In this document: positions 18,865 through 27,732 of the stretch, one piece after another
Layout: each line of letters begins with the position of its first letter
How positions within the stretch are numbered: position 1 is the stretch's first letter
Notes under the pieces: model-generated
Database searches by the model: none
Seen by the model: only the letters and a program-made list of their open reading frames with translations
Told to the model about the DNA's origin: nothing
Origin: Enterobacter phage vB_Ent31
Strand: one strand, 5' to 3'
Sequence record: OR567511.1
DNA length: 64,000 nucleotides
Made by a program: the position numbers and the translations under genes

Positions 18865-19124
18865 TATTTTGAGTGTTTTTCTAGCTGGCGTTCAGCAAAC
18901 AGCTTTGGCTGCATTAACAACCAACTTAAGATACGCCAGATGACTTGTATGACACCGACAGGCAACCATAATATAATACTAAACAAGTAATTAAAAGGTG
19001 TCTCTATGTACCCTCGTTTAACGAGAGCGTTTGTGATGAGCCACCCGGCGGCTAGATAAACCAATGCAATAAAGACGGGCATAATCCACCATAGTTGAGC
19101 CAAAAGTAAAGTAACCATAATCAC
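18864..19124 (-). CDS. small membrane protein (86 aa, two TM helices)
   Basis: Hydrophobic helices. Followed by the terminator at 18838-18864. Confidence 0.55.
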   Translation of the reverse strand: MIMVTLLLAQLWWIMPVFIALVYLAAGWLITNALVKRGYIETPFNYLFSIILWLPVGVIQVIWRILSWLLMQPKLFAERQLEKHSK

Positions 19125-20131
19125 CTGTAGTAAGAGTTGTGGTTCGCCAGATAAACCTCTTCAAGGAACTCGTCCCAGAATGTCATGTCAACTTTATCAG
19201 GCATACCGTTTTTAGAAGCGATGATGCTTTGGCGTTCAACTTCATCTACACAGTTTTCTAACCATTCTTGAACTTCTTTGAATGGAATAGTGCCAGCTTT
19301 AACTTTCTTGATAAACTCAGCATCTTTAAGCGGATAAACCAAATCACCGGTGGTGTAGATTTCCTGGAGCTGAAGACCGCCACGAAGAGCATGAGACAGA
19401 GCTTTCCAGTCTACACCTTCGTTAGCTTCCGCCTTACGTGCACGTTCACCATATTCGTTCCACAGCTTAGTGAGACTATACTTCATTTCAGTGACGGTGA
19501 TTGTCGTCTGGAACTTACGACCTAACACATTATAGAAGTGTTGTACGCCAGATTTATGGTCAACAAATTCAGTCCATTCCAGAAACTCTGAAGTCGGAAG
19601 CAAATGAGCAATATCACCAACTTTCCAACGAACATTATGAGCTTTGTCTTTTGGACGGTCTTCGAATCGCCATTCTGGATAAGGCTCTAATACTTCAAGC
19701 ACTTTACGAAGTTCAGCTAAACGAGAACCCTTAACACCATACTTAGCTGCTTGCTTACGAACATAACCAAGATAAGCTTTCATATCGGTGGTGTAGAAAC
19801 GCCAGCGGTTATCTTGAATGAATTTCCATACTTCAGGAAGTTCAGACTTAACGACCATATTTGCAGGAGTATGAAGCATGTCAAGCGCGACAGTTTCACC
19901 TGTAGCTGCTAATTGCAGGAAGTACTTCAAAGAATAGAGTTCATGGTCAACATCATCATGGGAGTTCTTTGTTGATGTGTTGTTTGTGTTCAAGTTGGTG
20001 TGATTCATTGCACGACCAAGAAGAATTTCCTTCGGATGAGGAACGAAGATTTCTTTGAAGTCTGTGTCACTTTCTGGTGTTGACGTACCATAAAGATGGC
20101 TACCGAAGTAGCCTTTCATAATTGTTTTCAT
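19121..20131 (-). CDS. Pol-beta-superfamily nucleotidyltransferase-fold protein (336 aa)
   Basis: N-terminal hG[GS]x(9-13)DxD signature YFGSHLYGTSTPESDTDFKEIFV with a large helical C-terminal region. 4-nt overlap with the downstream membrane ORF. Confidence 0.6.
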   Translation of the reverse strand: MKTIMKGYFGSHLYGTSTPESDTDFKEIFVPHPKEILLGRAMNHTNLNTNNTSTKNSHDDVDHELYSLKYFLQLAATGETVALDMLHTPANMVVKSELPEVWKFIQDNRWRFYTTDMKAYLGYVRKQAAKYGVKGSRLAELRKVLEVLEPYPEWRFEDRPKDKAHNVRWKVGDIAHLLPTSEFLEWTEFVDHKSGVQHFYNVLGRKFQTTITVTEMKYSLTKLWNEYGERARKAEANEGVDWKALSHALRGGLQLQEIYTTGDLVYPLKDAEFIKKVKAGTIPFKEVQEWLENCVDEVERQSIIASKNGMPDKVDMTFWDEFLEEVYLANHNSYYR

Positions 20132-20553
20132 AGATAAATGTGTTGTCCTTTGGCAAATTTTACTAGCTCATTGGTAATTTTAACACATTGTTCAACGTGT
20201 TCTTTATCTTCGCTTTTCTTTGAAGTTCTATTAATATTTCCAACTTTCTGTTGAGAATAATAGTATTTCACTTCATGCGTATGATATTCTTGGCCATCTG
20301 GATGTTGTTCCCGCTGAACATGTTCTTTTAACATAGTTTCATAGAGTGGAACTAATGCCCAATCACTTCCGGTATTAATGATTGCCACTTGAATGTTAAT
20401 CTTATTCCACTTAAAAGCATTAACATATCCAAGGACCCTTTGAGAAGGGTCCATCATAGCAAATTTTATTCCGGAAATAGAAGCCATTGGCATTTGTTTT
20501 AGCAATGACATACTAAGTTTTTTCTTAGTAGTTACAACTTCTATTTCAATCAT
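20128..20553 (-). CDS. hypothetical protein (141 aa)
   Basis: ORF track. Coupled to neighbours. Confidence 0.5.
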   Translation of the reverse strand: MIEIEVVTTKKKLSMSLLKQMPMASISGIKFAMMDPSQRVLGYVNAFKWNKINIQVAIINTGSDWALVPLYETMLKEHVQREQHPDGQEYHTHEVKYYYSQQKVGNINRTSKKSEDKEHVEQCVKITNELVKFAKGQHIYL

Positions 20554-21101
20554 TTAGTCGGACCCCATGTGAATTGACCACCGAAAGCCGCAATCAAGGA
20601 AGTGTCATTCAGATTAACTGGCAGACCGTCACCACTTTCAGATTCGAGGAACATTGTACCACCATTTTTAGTGATAGCAATTACGGTGAATTCTTTAGAA
20701 CCTTTTTGGAATACATCACCAACAACTACCGGAATATTTTTGAAACCAGAAGCTTCCGCTTCATAAATCTCACGATAACGCTCATCTTTTGTGGTGTAAA
20801 CCCGAAAATCAACCAAATACTTATTTCGGTTAGAAGTTACAAAAACACTAGTAACGCCGTATGATGTAATTTTATCTTCATCATAAATGAAGAGTTCAAT
20901 CATTACACGAGTTGAATATACTTTTAAAACAGCTCGTTGGTTTTTATTGATTTTAAGAAAAATATGAGTTGTTCCTTGACAACGGCTAATAAAATCAATT
21001 TCACCGTCAAATTCTGCAGTTCCAGATTGAACCGTAATTGAGCGGCCAACTTCAAGTTCTTTCTTTACAATACCTTTAGCTTTTACTTGACGAATAAACA
21101 T
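20550..21101 (-). CDS. hypothetical protein (183 aa)
   Basis: ORF track. Confidence 0.55.
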   Translation of the reverse strand: MFIRQVKAKGIVKKELEVGRSITVQSGTAEFDGEIDFISRCQGTTHIFLKINKNQRAVLKVYSTRVMIELFIYDEDKITSYGVTSVFVTSNRNKYLVDFRVYTTKDERYREIYEAEASGFKNIPVVVGDVFQKGSKEFTVIAITKNGGTMFLESESGDGLPVNLNDTSLIAAFGGQFTWGPTK

Positions 21102-21110
21102 AATATTTTC

Positions 21111-21332
21111 CTATACGAAGCGCCATGAACCATTACGATAAGCAATTGCACGGTCCATCAAATCGGAAGCGGTTGATGTACCTTTCAGGTTGTTGTGAAC
21201 AACTCGAATAATCTTGCCATCAGGGAAAGTGAATTCTGCCACAGGGAAGAGGCCCATAAGGCCTCGTTCAACCGTTGCATTAAACTTTGCAGATTCACCA
21301 TTAATTACATAATTGTGGTCTTGTTTAAGCAT
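21111..21332 (-). CDS. hypothetical protein (73 aa)
   Basis: ORF track. Confidence 0.45.
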   Translation of the reverse strand: MLKQDHNYVINGESAKFNATVERGLMGLFPVAEFTFPDGKIIRVVHNNLKGTSTASDLMDRAIAYRNGSWRFV

Positions 21333-21784
21333 TATTTAAATTCCAGTGTTGGACAGAACTTCTCTTTGCGGGCTTTAATGAATGCAATAACGATATTAGG
21401 CTGTGGTGGAACGTAAGTACCATTTATGATAGCTTCCCATTTTTTATCTTCTTTCTTTTCTTTTTGTCTTTTAACGACTCGATAAATTCCGTAACCAATA
21501 CAGAAAATTGTACCAAAAATAGCGGCCAGAATAAGCCAACCAACAATCAACCCGGGAATAATTGCTGCGGCAGAAGACAGAACTACACCGCATTGAGCAA
21601 ACAACCATGTAGCTACATCAACACCAGAACCCCAGCCAGCGAAGCATACAGCAAACGCAGCGAAAGCCAGCAGGAACGTGTGCCATACGCCTTTCCAAAA
21701 ATAAGGACACAGAGAACGTGGAGCGCTTTCGGCACCATTCATAGTAACGAGTTTATAGTGCCAAGAGTTAGTATTGATTTGCAT
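21332..21784 (-). CDS. integral membrane protein (150 aa, about four TM helices)
   Basis: Multiple hydrophobic segments and a basic C-terminal tail. Confidence 0.55.
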   Translation of the reverse strand: MQINTNSWHYKLVTMNGAESAPRSLCPYFWKGVWHTFLLAFAAFAVCFAGWGSGVDVATWLFAQCGVVLSSAAAIIPGLIVGWLILAAIFGTIFCIGYGIYRVVKRQKEKKEDKKWEAIINGTYVPPQPNIVIAFIKARKEKFCPTLEFK

Positions 21785-21812
21785 TATAATTTCCTTTCAG
21801 TTCAGGTTTTAG

Positions 21813-22058
21813 TTATTTAAAGTTTTTGGAAGTGATCATATGAGGTATTGTAACCTGTAACCAGGAAAGCAATTTCTCAGCTTCTTCTTTAAGAAGCTCA
21901 ACTTCTTCGCCTTGAGAATAGATTGTGATTGTATCTTTCTCATCATCAACAGAGAGATGAGTTTTAATATCAACATGGGCACCATTTAGCGTGTCCGCTT
22001 CATACTTGATAGTAGCATCTAATCCTGGGACTTTCCAGTCTAAAGTGCATTTAACCAT
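21813..22058 (-). CDS. hypothetical protein (81 aa)
   Basis: ORF track. Confidence 0.45.
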   Translation of the reverse strand: MVKCTLDWKVPGLDATIKYEADTLNGAHVDIKTHLSVDDEKDTITIYSQGEEVELLKEEAEKLLSWLQVTIPHMITSKNFK

Positions 22059-22329
22059 TTGCTTGTTCCTTACGAGCGCGTTCTTTTAGTTGCTCTTGAA
22101 TTTTGAGCATTGTTTCCGGGTATTCTTCTGAATTAGCTTTTATGATGCTAGAAGAATACGGAAGGGATTCATGATATTTTAAAAATCTCTCAAGATACGG
22201 TTTATATTGAGTAGAGAAATTGTACATCAAAAATCCTGTAGCACTTACGTGAGTACAAATCTCATACTGAAATGTTCCGTCATACTGACGAGTAACAATA
22301 AGGTCTTTTAACTCAAGACTTAGGCTCAT
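22051..22329 (-). CDS. hypothetical protein (92 aa)
   Basis: ORF track. Confidence 0.45.
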   Translation of the reverse strand: MSLSLELKDLIVTRQYDGTFQYEICTHVSATGFLMYNFSTQYKPYLERFLKYHESLPYSSSIIKANSEEYPETMLKIQEQLKERARKEQANG

Positions 22330-22619
22330 TGCATTTCCTTAATAGCTTTTAAGAAGTTATCAAGATTCTCTTTACTGCAAAAAGATACGCAGCCATAGCT
22401 TCCGTCTTTTGCTTCAAAAGTAAATGAATCATCACCGTAATCAGTGTAATCAATATTAGGGCATTGATTGAATGCAATCAGATGTGCTTTGTCCAGACGA
22501 AAATGGATTTTGAACAAATCTTCATCGCCTTCATGACCAAGTTTGCAAAAGTTTCCACGTACTTCAAGAACCAGAGGACCATGTACTGAACCGCTTTCAA
22601 ATGTATGTTTCATAATCAC
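22326..22619 (-). CDS. hypothetical protein (97 aa)
   Basis: ORF track. Confidence 0.45.
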   Translation of the reverse strand: MIMKHTFESGSVHGPLVLEVRGNFCKLGHEGDEDLFKIHFRLDKAHLIAFNQCPNIDYTDYGDDSFTFEAKDGSYGCVSFCSKENLDNFLKAIKEMQ

Positions 22620-22885
22620 CTCAATTGCGAATCTTTTGAACCGCGTCTGTTGTAAGACGCTTTAATGATAGTGTCATGTGAGCTTTGGCAAGCTACGCAC
22701 CGGGTGCATCCTTTTTGAGCTTTGCGTCTAGCTTCCGGAATTTCTCCGTCGCAATCTTCACAGTATTTTTCACTCTCACGATTTTGAGATTTGATGAGCT
22801 CTAAACGAGCCCATTCAATTCCATCACTTACTGTAGCTTCAATAGCTGCAAATCCGTCGTCACTTGGACCCCATCCACTTGCCAT
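22616..22885 (-). CDS. DksA/TraR-family C4 zinc-finger protein (89 aa)
   Basis: CEDCDGEIPEARRKAQKGCTRCVAC has the CxxC-x17-CxxC spacing typical of TraR/DksA C4 fingers. Confidence 0.6.
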   Translation of the reverse strand: MASGWGPSDDGFAAIEATVSDGIEWARLELIKSQNRESEKYCEDCDGEIPEARRKAQKGCTRCVACQSSHDTIIKASYNRRGSKDSQLR

Positions 22886-22991
22886 TACAAACTCCTTTGA
22901 ACGAAGTCCATTATACCATTAACCAAGTTGTATGTAAACAACGGATTGTGGTATTGAACAAATAGATAAAGCAGTACAAATACCGTTCTCA

Positions 22992-23450
22992 TTACCAACC
23001 TGCCGTATCAAATTCACCATCATCGTAGATGTCCCAAGCCATTCGTTCTTCCAGAACTCGGACTGGTGTCCAATAGTCCGCATATTCTTGGTCTTCCGGA
23101 GAAGAGAATTTATTTGCTTTAAGTTCAGCCATAAATTCCAAAGCAGATTCAACATCACCGAACAGACGGTTCAAGTTGTGAGGTTTACGTTCAGGGTCTT
23201 CAAATACTGCGTTATCACCCGGGCAAATTTGAGTACGATAAGAACGCTTTGTTTCGCCGTTGATGTCAGTATACTCGCAGATGATATCAACCATCAAGAT
23301 ATCTGATGTTGGACTACGATATGGTTTACTGAGGATAATGTACTTGCTAACTTCATCAAGCGACACAGTAGTTTCAGTACGAGATACACCGTACACATGA
23401 TACATGATGCGGCCTGGAACGAAATCAGATAATTTAGTAATGCGATTCAT
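22992..23450 (-). CDS. hypothetical protein (~153 aa; start moved to MNRITKL)
   Basis: The early promoter at 23472-23509 and RBS agaggagaacatcATG precede this start. The ORF-track start at 23555 is upstream of the promoter. Confidence 0.5.
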   Translation of the reverse strand: MNRITKLSDFVPGRIMYHVYGVSRTETTVSLDEVSKYIILSKPYRSPTSDILMVDIICEYTDINGETKRSYRTQICPGDNAVFEDPERKPHNLNRLFGDVESALEFMAELKANKFSSPEDQEYADYWTPVRVLEERMAWDIYDDGEFDTAGW

Positions 23451-23471
23451 GATGTTCTCCTCTTGTTTGTG

Positions 23472-23509
23472 TAAGGTCATAGTATCACCTTTTGAAGAGG
23501 ATGTAAACG
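23472..23509 (-). promoter_or_regulatory. T4-type early promoter for gene 22992..23450
   Basis: Minus-strand CCGTTTACA ... GGTGATACTATGACC. Confidence 0.6.
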
Positions 23510-23516
23510 GTTCCTT

Positions 23517-23552
23517 TAAAACAACAAAAGCCCTGACCAAAAAGTCAGGGCT
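23517..23552 (-). terminator. intrinsic terminator after gene 23557..23949
   Basis: Minus strand AGCCCTGAC-tttttg-GTCAGGGCT followed by TTTTGTTGTTTT. Confidence 0.75.
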
Positions 23553-23556
23553 CAAA

Positions 23557-23949
23557 TTATTCCAAAGACAGCAAGTATTTGGTTTGAAACACTATACCAT
23601 TGATTTCGTCAATTGTGTTTCTGATTGCTCCAGGCATCTTATCGTAGATGCTTTCAGCTTTTGCTGTGATGCTATCGAGCATCTCAATCGTGTCAGTAGG
23701 CAAATCCTGTTGCGATGGTATAGATGGGGTGTACTTTTTACCGGACCATCCAAGCCATTGCTCTCCGAACTTGTCGGTTAACTCAGGGATTGCATCAAAG
23801 AAGAAATTGTATGCTTTGTGACGAGCATAACTTTTAGTTTCAAAATGAGCTGAATGGAAGTATGACGCAGAAGCCATCAAAAGACCAATGAACTCATCCT
23901 CTGGAAGTTTCTTTCCGGTTGTTATGAAATCTTCAAATTTCGTTTTCAA
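23557..23949 (-). CDS. hypothetical protein (130 aa)
   Basis: ORF track. Followed by a strong terminator. Confidence 0.5.
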   Translation of the reverse strand: MKTKFEDFITTGKKLPEDEFIGLLMASASYFHSAHFETKSYARHKAYNFFFDAIPELTDKFGEQWLGWSGKKYTPSIPSQQDLPTDTIEMLDSITAKAESIYDKMPGAIRNTIDEINGIVFQTKYLLSLE

Positions 23950-24208
23950 GTTTAACCTTCGTTAGAGAAACATATTGCTTACCAGCATGAACTCCTTCTT
24001 CAGTGCACTGGGTAGTACAACTTGAAGCTGCCCATTTCTGCTTAATGAAAGAAAAGAAACGTTCAGATTCTTCTTTAGAAGGTTCTTTGAACTTGCTATA
24101 TACTACCATAGCACCATCAGCGTATTGTTCAAAGTTTGCTTCTTCTGCCGATACGGGCGAGATTAAAGTGGCTGCAAATAAAATAGCAGCCAATGCGCGT
24201 AGAGTCAT
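23933..24208 (-). CDS. secreted small protein (~92 aa, signal peptide MTLRALAAILFAATLISPVSA)
   Basis: N-terminal signal peptide after trimming to the internal Met. Four Cys in the mature part. Confidence 0.5.
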   Translation of the reverse strand: MTLRALAAILFAATLISPVSAEEANFEQYADGAMVVYSKFKEPSKEESERFFSFIKQKWAASSCTTQCTEEGVHAGKQYVSLTKVKLENEI

Positions 24209-24215
24209 AAAAGCC

Positions 24216-24428
24216 TCAGCGTTGTCCTGTATTAAGTTTGTGCTGAAGAACAGCCTTAACTTTATCGAGGTATTTTTGCAGCTGGCGTTTACGCAAATAG
24301 TCTGGACGTGCACCATGCTGGCGAAACTCTTCGTTTAGACTTGAGATAGCGTGGCCAATCTCGCACTTAATTTCTTCCAGTTGAGATACACCAAGATTAC
24401 GAAGTTGCTTATCGTTCAAATGCTTCAT
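24216..24428 (-). CDS. hypothetical protein (70 aa)
   Basis: ORF track. Confidence 0.45.
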   Translation of the reverse strand: MKHLNDKQLRNLGVSQLEEIKCEIGHAISSLNEEFRQHGARPDYLRKRQLQKYLDKVKAVLQHKLNTGQR

Positions 24429-24487
24429 ACATACCTCATTAGTTAGTAATAGTATTTATAAAGGGGAGCATGCTCCCCAATTTAACT

Positions 24488-24871
24488 TTAGTCCCACAAC
24501 ATTTGGCACAGACCTTTCTCATACTTACGAGCAGCCTTTTCGTCCCAGTTATAGTCCGTACCGTTTCTCAACGAATGTTTGATTTCCATCTTGTGAAATA
24601 CACGAGGAATCGGTGAAGCATAGCGCATCCAGCGCAGAGTCTTCCAGAATGAATCACGATGGCGCTTTTTCATCATAGAAGCAAGCTCTAACGGTCTTTC
24701 CATGTTTTCGACAATTTTCTTATCAACGTATTTCTGCTGATATTCTTTGTCTTTCTTTGTCTTAACATATTCGGTATATCGTTTAATATAAGCGAATTCG
24801 TTATTCTTCTGGTCGTGCCATTTAGCTGAAGTTGTTACGTGCCAGCCTTTACGACGAATAGTTCTTGACAT
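24488..24871 (-). CDS. hypothetical basic protein (127 aa)
   Basis: ORF track. Lys/Arg/Trp-rich. Confidence 0.5.
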   Translation of the reverse strand: MSRTIRRKGWHVTTSAKWHDQKNNEFAYIKRYTEYVKTKKDKEYQQKYVDKKIVENMERPLELASMMKKRHRDSFWKTLRWMRYASPIPRVFHKMEIKHSLRNGTDYNWDEKAARKYEKGLCQMLWD

Positions 24872-25193
24872 ATCTACCTCTTGAGTTAAAGTACCTCAAT
24901 GGTAGTAAAATCCTGCTTTAAAATATTTCATGGTGATACTTTCCCTTCAATTAAAATCTTTAAGAATCCAAGTAAAGCTGCTATGATAAATCCAGCGGCT
25001 GGAAAAGCGAATAACCAAAATAATACTTCAATAGTCATCCTAATATTACCTTACATTTGCATTTTGGGCATTCAGCTTCTTTTACTCGAAGACGCTTTGT
25101 CTTTGTACGAGGAGCGGTATCATGGTCATAAACATGAAGACAACGATAACAGATGACTAATTTCATCAGTAGATAGCCTCGAAGATTTTTACA

Positions 25194-25778
25194 CTATTCA
25201 TAAATACCAGTCATTTCACACCAATGTTTTCGACAGAGTGAGACGTATTTGTCTTCACCACCTAATTCAATAGTATCACCTTCTACGATAGCATTTCCTT
25301 CTTGGTCAACACGAGCAACCATTGTTGCTTTACGACCACAATGGCAAACACCCTTCAGTTCGCAGAGTTTATCTGCAGTCGCCAGAAGAGCGGCAGAGCC
25401 CTTAAATAGGTTACCACGGAAATCTGTACGAAGTCCATAGGCCATCACTGGAGTGTTATAGAGGTCAACAATCTGACATAACTGAAGTACATGAGACTGA
25501 GTCAAGAATTGAGCTTCATCAACAAACACACAATGAATATCTTTTTGAGTCTGTGCCCATTTGAAGAACTCAAGAATGTCCATGTCTTCAGTGATGGTAT
25601 TTGCTTCAGCATGTAGACCAACACGAGATACAACTTCATTTGCTGAATCTCGTGTGTCAATAGCCGGTTTAAGAATGAGTGTTCCCATTCCACGCTCTTT
25701 ATAGTTATGAGCTGCTGTAAGCAGAGATGCTGATTTACCAGCGTTCATTGAAGCATAGTTAAAATAAAGCTGAGCCAT
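25194..25778 (-). CDS. tk: thymidine kinase
   Basis: 194 aa. LYF.YA.MNAGKSASLL.AAHNYKERGM..L.LKPAIDTRDS...VVSR.G...ANIIT.DMDI.EF.KWA..QKDIHCVFVDEAQFL......QL..IVD.YN.PVMAYGLRTDF.G.LF.GS..LLA.ADKL.ELK.VCHCG.KA.M is near-identical to T4 Tk. Confidence 0.93.
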   Translation of the reverse strand: MAQLYFNYASMNAGKSASLLTAAHNYKERGMGTLILKPAIDTRDSANEVVSRVGLHAEANTITEDMDILEFFKWAQTQKDIHCVFVDEAQFLTQSHVLQLCQIVDLYNTPVMAYGLRTDFRGNLFKGSAALLATADKLCELKGVCHCGRKATMVARVDQEGNAIVEGDTIELGGEDKYVSLCRKHWCEMTGIYE

Positions 25779-25987
25779 TACTTTGGTTCCTCAAATTCAA
25801 TCCAGTCTGGGGTGTTTTGGAAAATTCCTTCGCCTACATGGTTTTCACACCCTTTATTAGAGCAATAGTTCCAATAGTCCCAATCACACGCCATTTCATC
25901 ATTACAGAGCGCAAATACTACTGGCCATTTACACTTCTTACACCGCTTGTTTTTATAGATGTAAGTTTGCATTATTCGCCGTCCCAA
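25778..25987 (-). CDS. small Cys-rich protein (69 aa)
   Basis: CKKCKW...C....C.W..W..CSNKGCENH, a metal-binding pattern. Confidence 0.45.
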   Translation of the reverse strand: MGRRIMQTYIYKNKRCKKCKWPVVFALCNDEMACDWDYWNYCSNKGCENHVGEGIFQNTPDWIEFEEPK

Positions 25988-26427
25988 TCAACTACAATAA
26001 TATTAACATTCGTAGTGAACATATTAATTAGTGCTTCAATTTTTTCCCAATCACCACCAGCGATGCCAGCACCAATACGAGGAATATAAACATCCATTTT
26101 GAACAAAGACCCAGATAAGAATTTGTCCATTTTCTGAAAAGCATTAACTAATGCACCATAATCAAGATTAGGACCAGGCTCATATTGAGTGTAAAGATTA
26201 AAGCAAGCACCACCATTTAATGCTAACGCTAAGCTAAAAGTTCCAAGCTTTTTATGGTCAGCATAATCTGTAGCTGCTTTATCAGTTGACAAAATAACAG
26301 GAAATTTTGAAGCAAGTTGTCCTGCTACGCCAGCACCCATAGTATGGAAACAGTTACAACCATGAGCAATGACTTTGCCTTCAGAATACAGCTTAACAAT
26401 ATCACCTTTAATGTAATTTACAATCAT
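25972..26427 (-). CDS. macro-domain-like protein (151 aa)
   Basis: GDIVK...AHGCNCFHTMGAGVAGQLA...RIGAGIAGGDWEKI resembles ADP-ribose-binding macro domain motifs (N-x6-GG[IV]xxAI and G[AV]G[IV][FY]G). Confidence 0.5.
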   Translation of the reverse strand: MIVNYIKGDIVKLYSEGKVIAHGCNCFHTMGAGVAGQLASKFPVILSTDKAATDYADHKKLGTFSLALALNGGACFNLYTQYEPGPNLDYGALVNAFQKMDKFLSGSLFKMDVYIPRIGAGIAGGDWEKIEALINMFTTNVNIIVVDWDGE

Positions 26428-26843
26428 CTTTTCCTCAACTCAGGTATGCTTTTAAATTGATAAGTAGCGTAGTTTTCGAATTCATCGTAAACTCGCACAT
26501 AAATTTCTTCGCCACATGTTAAATTCTTAAAAGACTTCAAATCTCTTTCAGAAAAATCTATCGATACTCCATTGATGATTCCGGAGGATTTGGCTCCGCA
26601 ACCTCGAAAATGAATTGAACCACCCGGAATAATAGCTTGGTCTTCTTTGCTGGAGTAATTGTAAAATGATACACCAAAAGCTTTCTTTTTCGGATAGTAA
26701 GAAACTTCAATATTCTTTTTAAACGAACCAGTTGTTTCAACTAGCTTACCATCAATAGCGTAGATATTATCAGGATAGCCTGGGAGTTTTTCCCAGGCAT
26801 TTACCGATAATGGTAGAGCTAGCAGAAATGCTGCTATTTTCAC
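26424..26843 (-). CDS. secreted protein (139 aa, signal peptide MKIAAFLLALPLSVNA)
   Basis: Canonical Sec signal peptide. Confidence 0.55.
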   Translation of the reverse strand: MKIAAFLLALPLSVNAWEKLPGYPDNIYAIDGKLVETTGSFKKNIEVSYYPKKKAFGVSFYNYSSKEDQAIIPGGSIHFRGCGAKSSGIINGVSIDFSERDLKSFKNLTCGEEIYVRVYDEFENYATYQFKSIPELRKR

Positions 26844-27166
26844 TTAGATAATCCCGCTATATACACCCTCAATAACGTGTCACGATATTCTTCGCAAACA
26901 TTCATATCAGGTGCATTATCACACAACGACTCCAGGTCTTTAGCCTTACGAGCCACCAAGGTAGACCATTTAAAGCGGCTACCAGAATCAGTTTGTCCTT
27001 CAGCGTAAGTTTTGTCAAAGTCAAATGACAAAATGTTCAAACACTCCGTATTAGTCTTAGTGCAGAATTGCTTTGCTAATGCCAGGGAATCGTCCTGCTC
27101 AGTAGCAAAATCCATCTTACACCCAGATAGAGCAACAACTACTAGAAGTACAAACAGCTTTTTCAT
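26840..27166 (-). CDS. lipoprotein (108 aa; lipobox LSGC)
   Basis: MKKLFVLLVVVALSGCK is a signal peptidase II lipobox. Confidence 0.6.
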   Translation of the reverse strand: MKKLFVLLVVVALSGCKMDFATEQDDSLALAKQFCTKTNTECLNILSFDFDKTYAEGQTDSGSRFKWSTLVARKAKDLESLCDNAPDMNVCEEYRDTLLRVYIAGLSK

Positions 27167-27714
27167 TATTCCACCGTATAATGAAGCATTTTACGAGATT
27201 TCAAGTAATTCGCCTTTGCTAATACATCAGAGGCGTACTTGTTACCGGCTTTCCACTTGTTTCCAGCGTTATATGACGCTATGGCTTTTCTCATATCACC
27301 GTTATGACGGTCCAACCAATAGCTTAATTCAATGTACGCCCAAGAGGCGGAGTGCTTCCGGTTCTTTAGCATGCGGATGATTTCAGCGTCTGTCATTGAC
27401 CATCCGGCTTGTTTAACTCTTTCCCTAAGTGTAGGAAGATAATTTTGAAATATCCCGTAGGCGTGGTGGCCTTGTTTACCGGTTGTAATTACTCCAGCAG
27501 AACTTTCCTGCCAGGCTAATGCAGCCATGATATAACCAAGTCCATTGTTATCATACCGCTTACTGGGTTCTTTAAACTTCCCATTCTTCTGAAATTGTTC
27601 ACCAAACGAATATGCGTAATGCAAATTGTCGAGTTGGACATTACTGAAGGTGTGTTCGGACGCGAATCCTAGAGACGAAACTAGGAGTAACGCCGCGCAT
27701 AGAGCTTTTTTCAT
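27166..27714 (-). CDS. periplasmic lytic transglycosylase-like protein (SLT/goose-lysozyme fold)
   Basis: Signal peptide MKKALCAALLLVSSLGFA. Motifs E(S)S, AYGIFQ and ASYNAG are typical of SLT domains. T4 vs.1-like position next to regB. Confidence 0.6.
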   Translation of the reverse strand: MKKALCAALLLVSSLGFASEHTFSNVQLDNLHYAYSFGEQFQKNGKFKEPSKRYDNNGLGYIMAALAWQESSAGVITTGKQGHHAYGIFQNYLPTLRERVKQAGWSMTDAEIIRMLKNRKHSASWAYIELSYWLDRHNGDMRKAIASYNAGNKWKAGNKYASDVLAKANYLKSRKMLHYTVE

Positions 27715-27732
27715 GTTTACCTCAAATTAAAG

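Noticed and set aside
24899-25156. Plus-strand ORF 24899..25156
   Set aside because: All neighbouring genes are on the minus strand. Translating the minus strand here gives two tiny plausible peptides (a 36-aa TM peptide and a 42-aa CxxC...CxxC zinc-ribbon peptide) typical of T4 tk.x micro-ORFs. They were too short to call with confidence.
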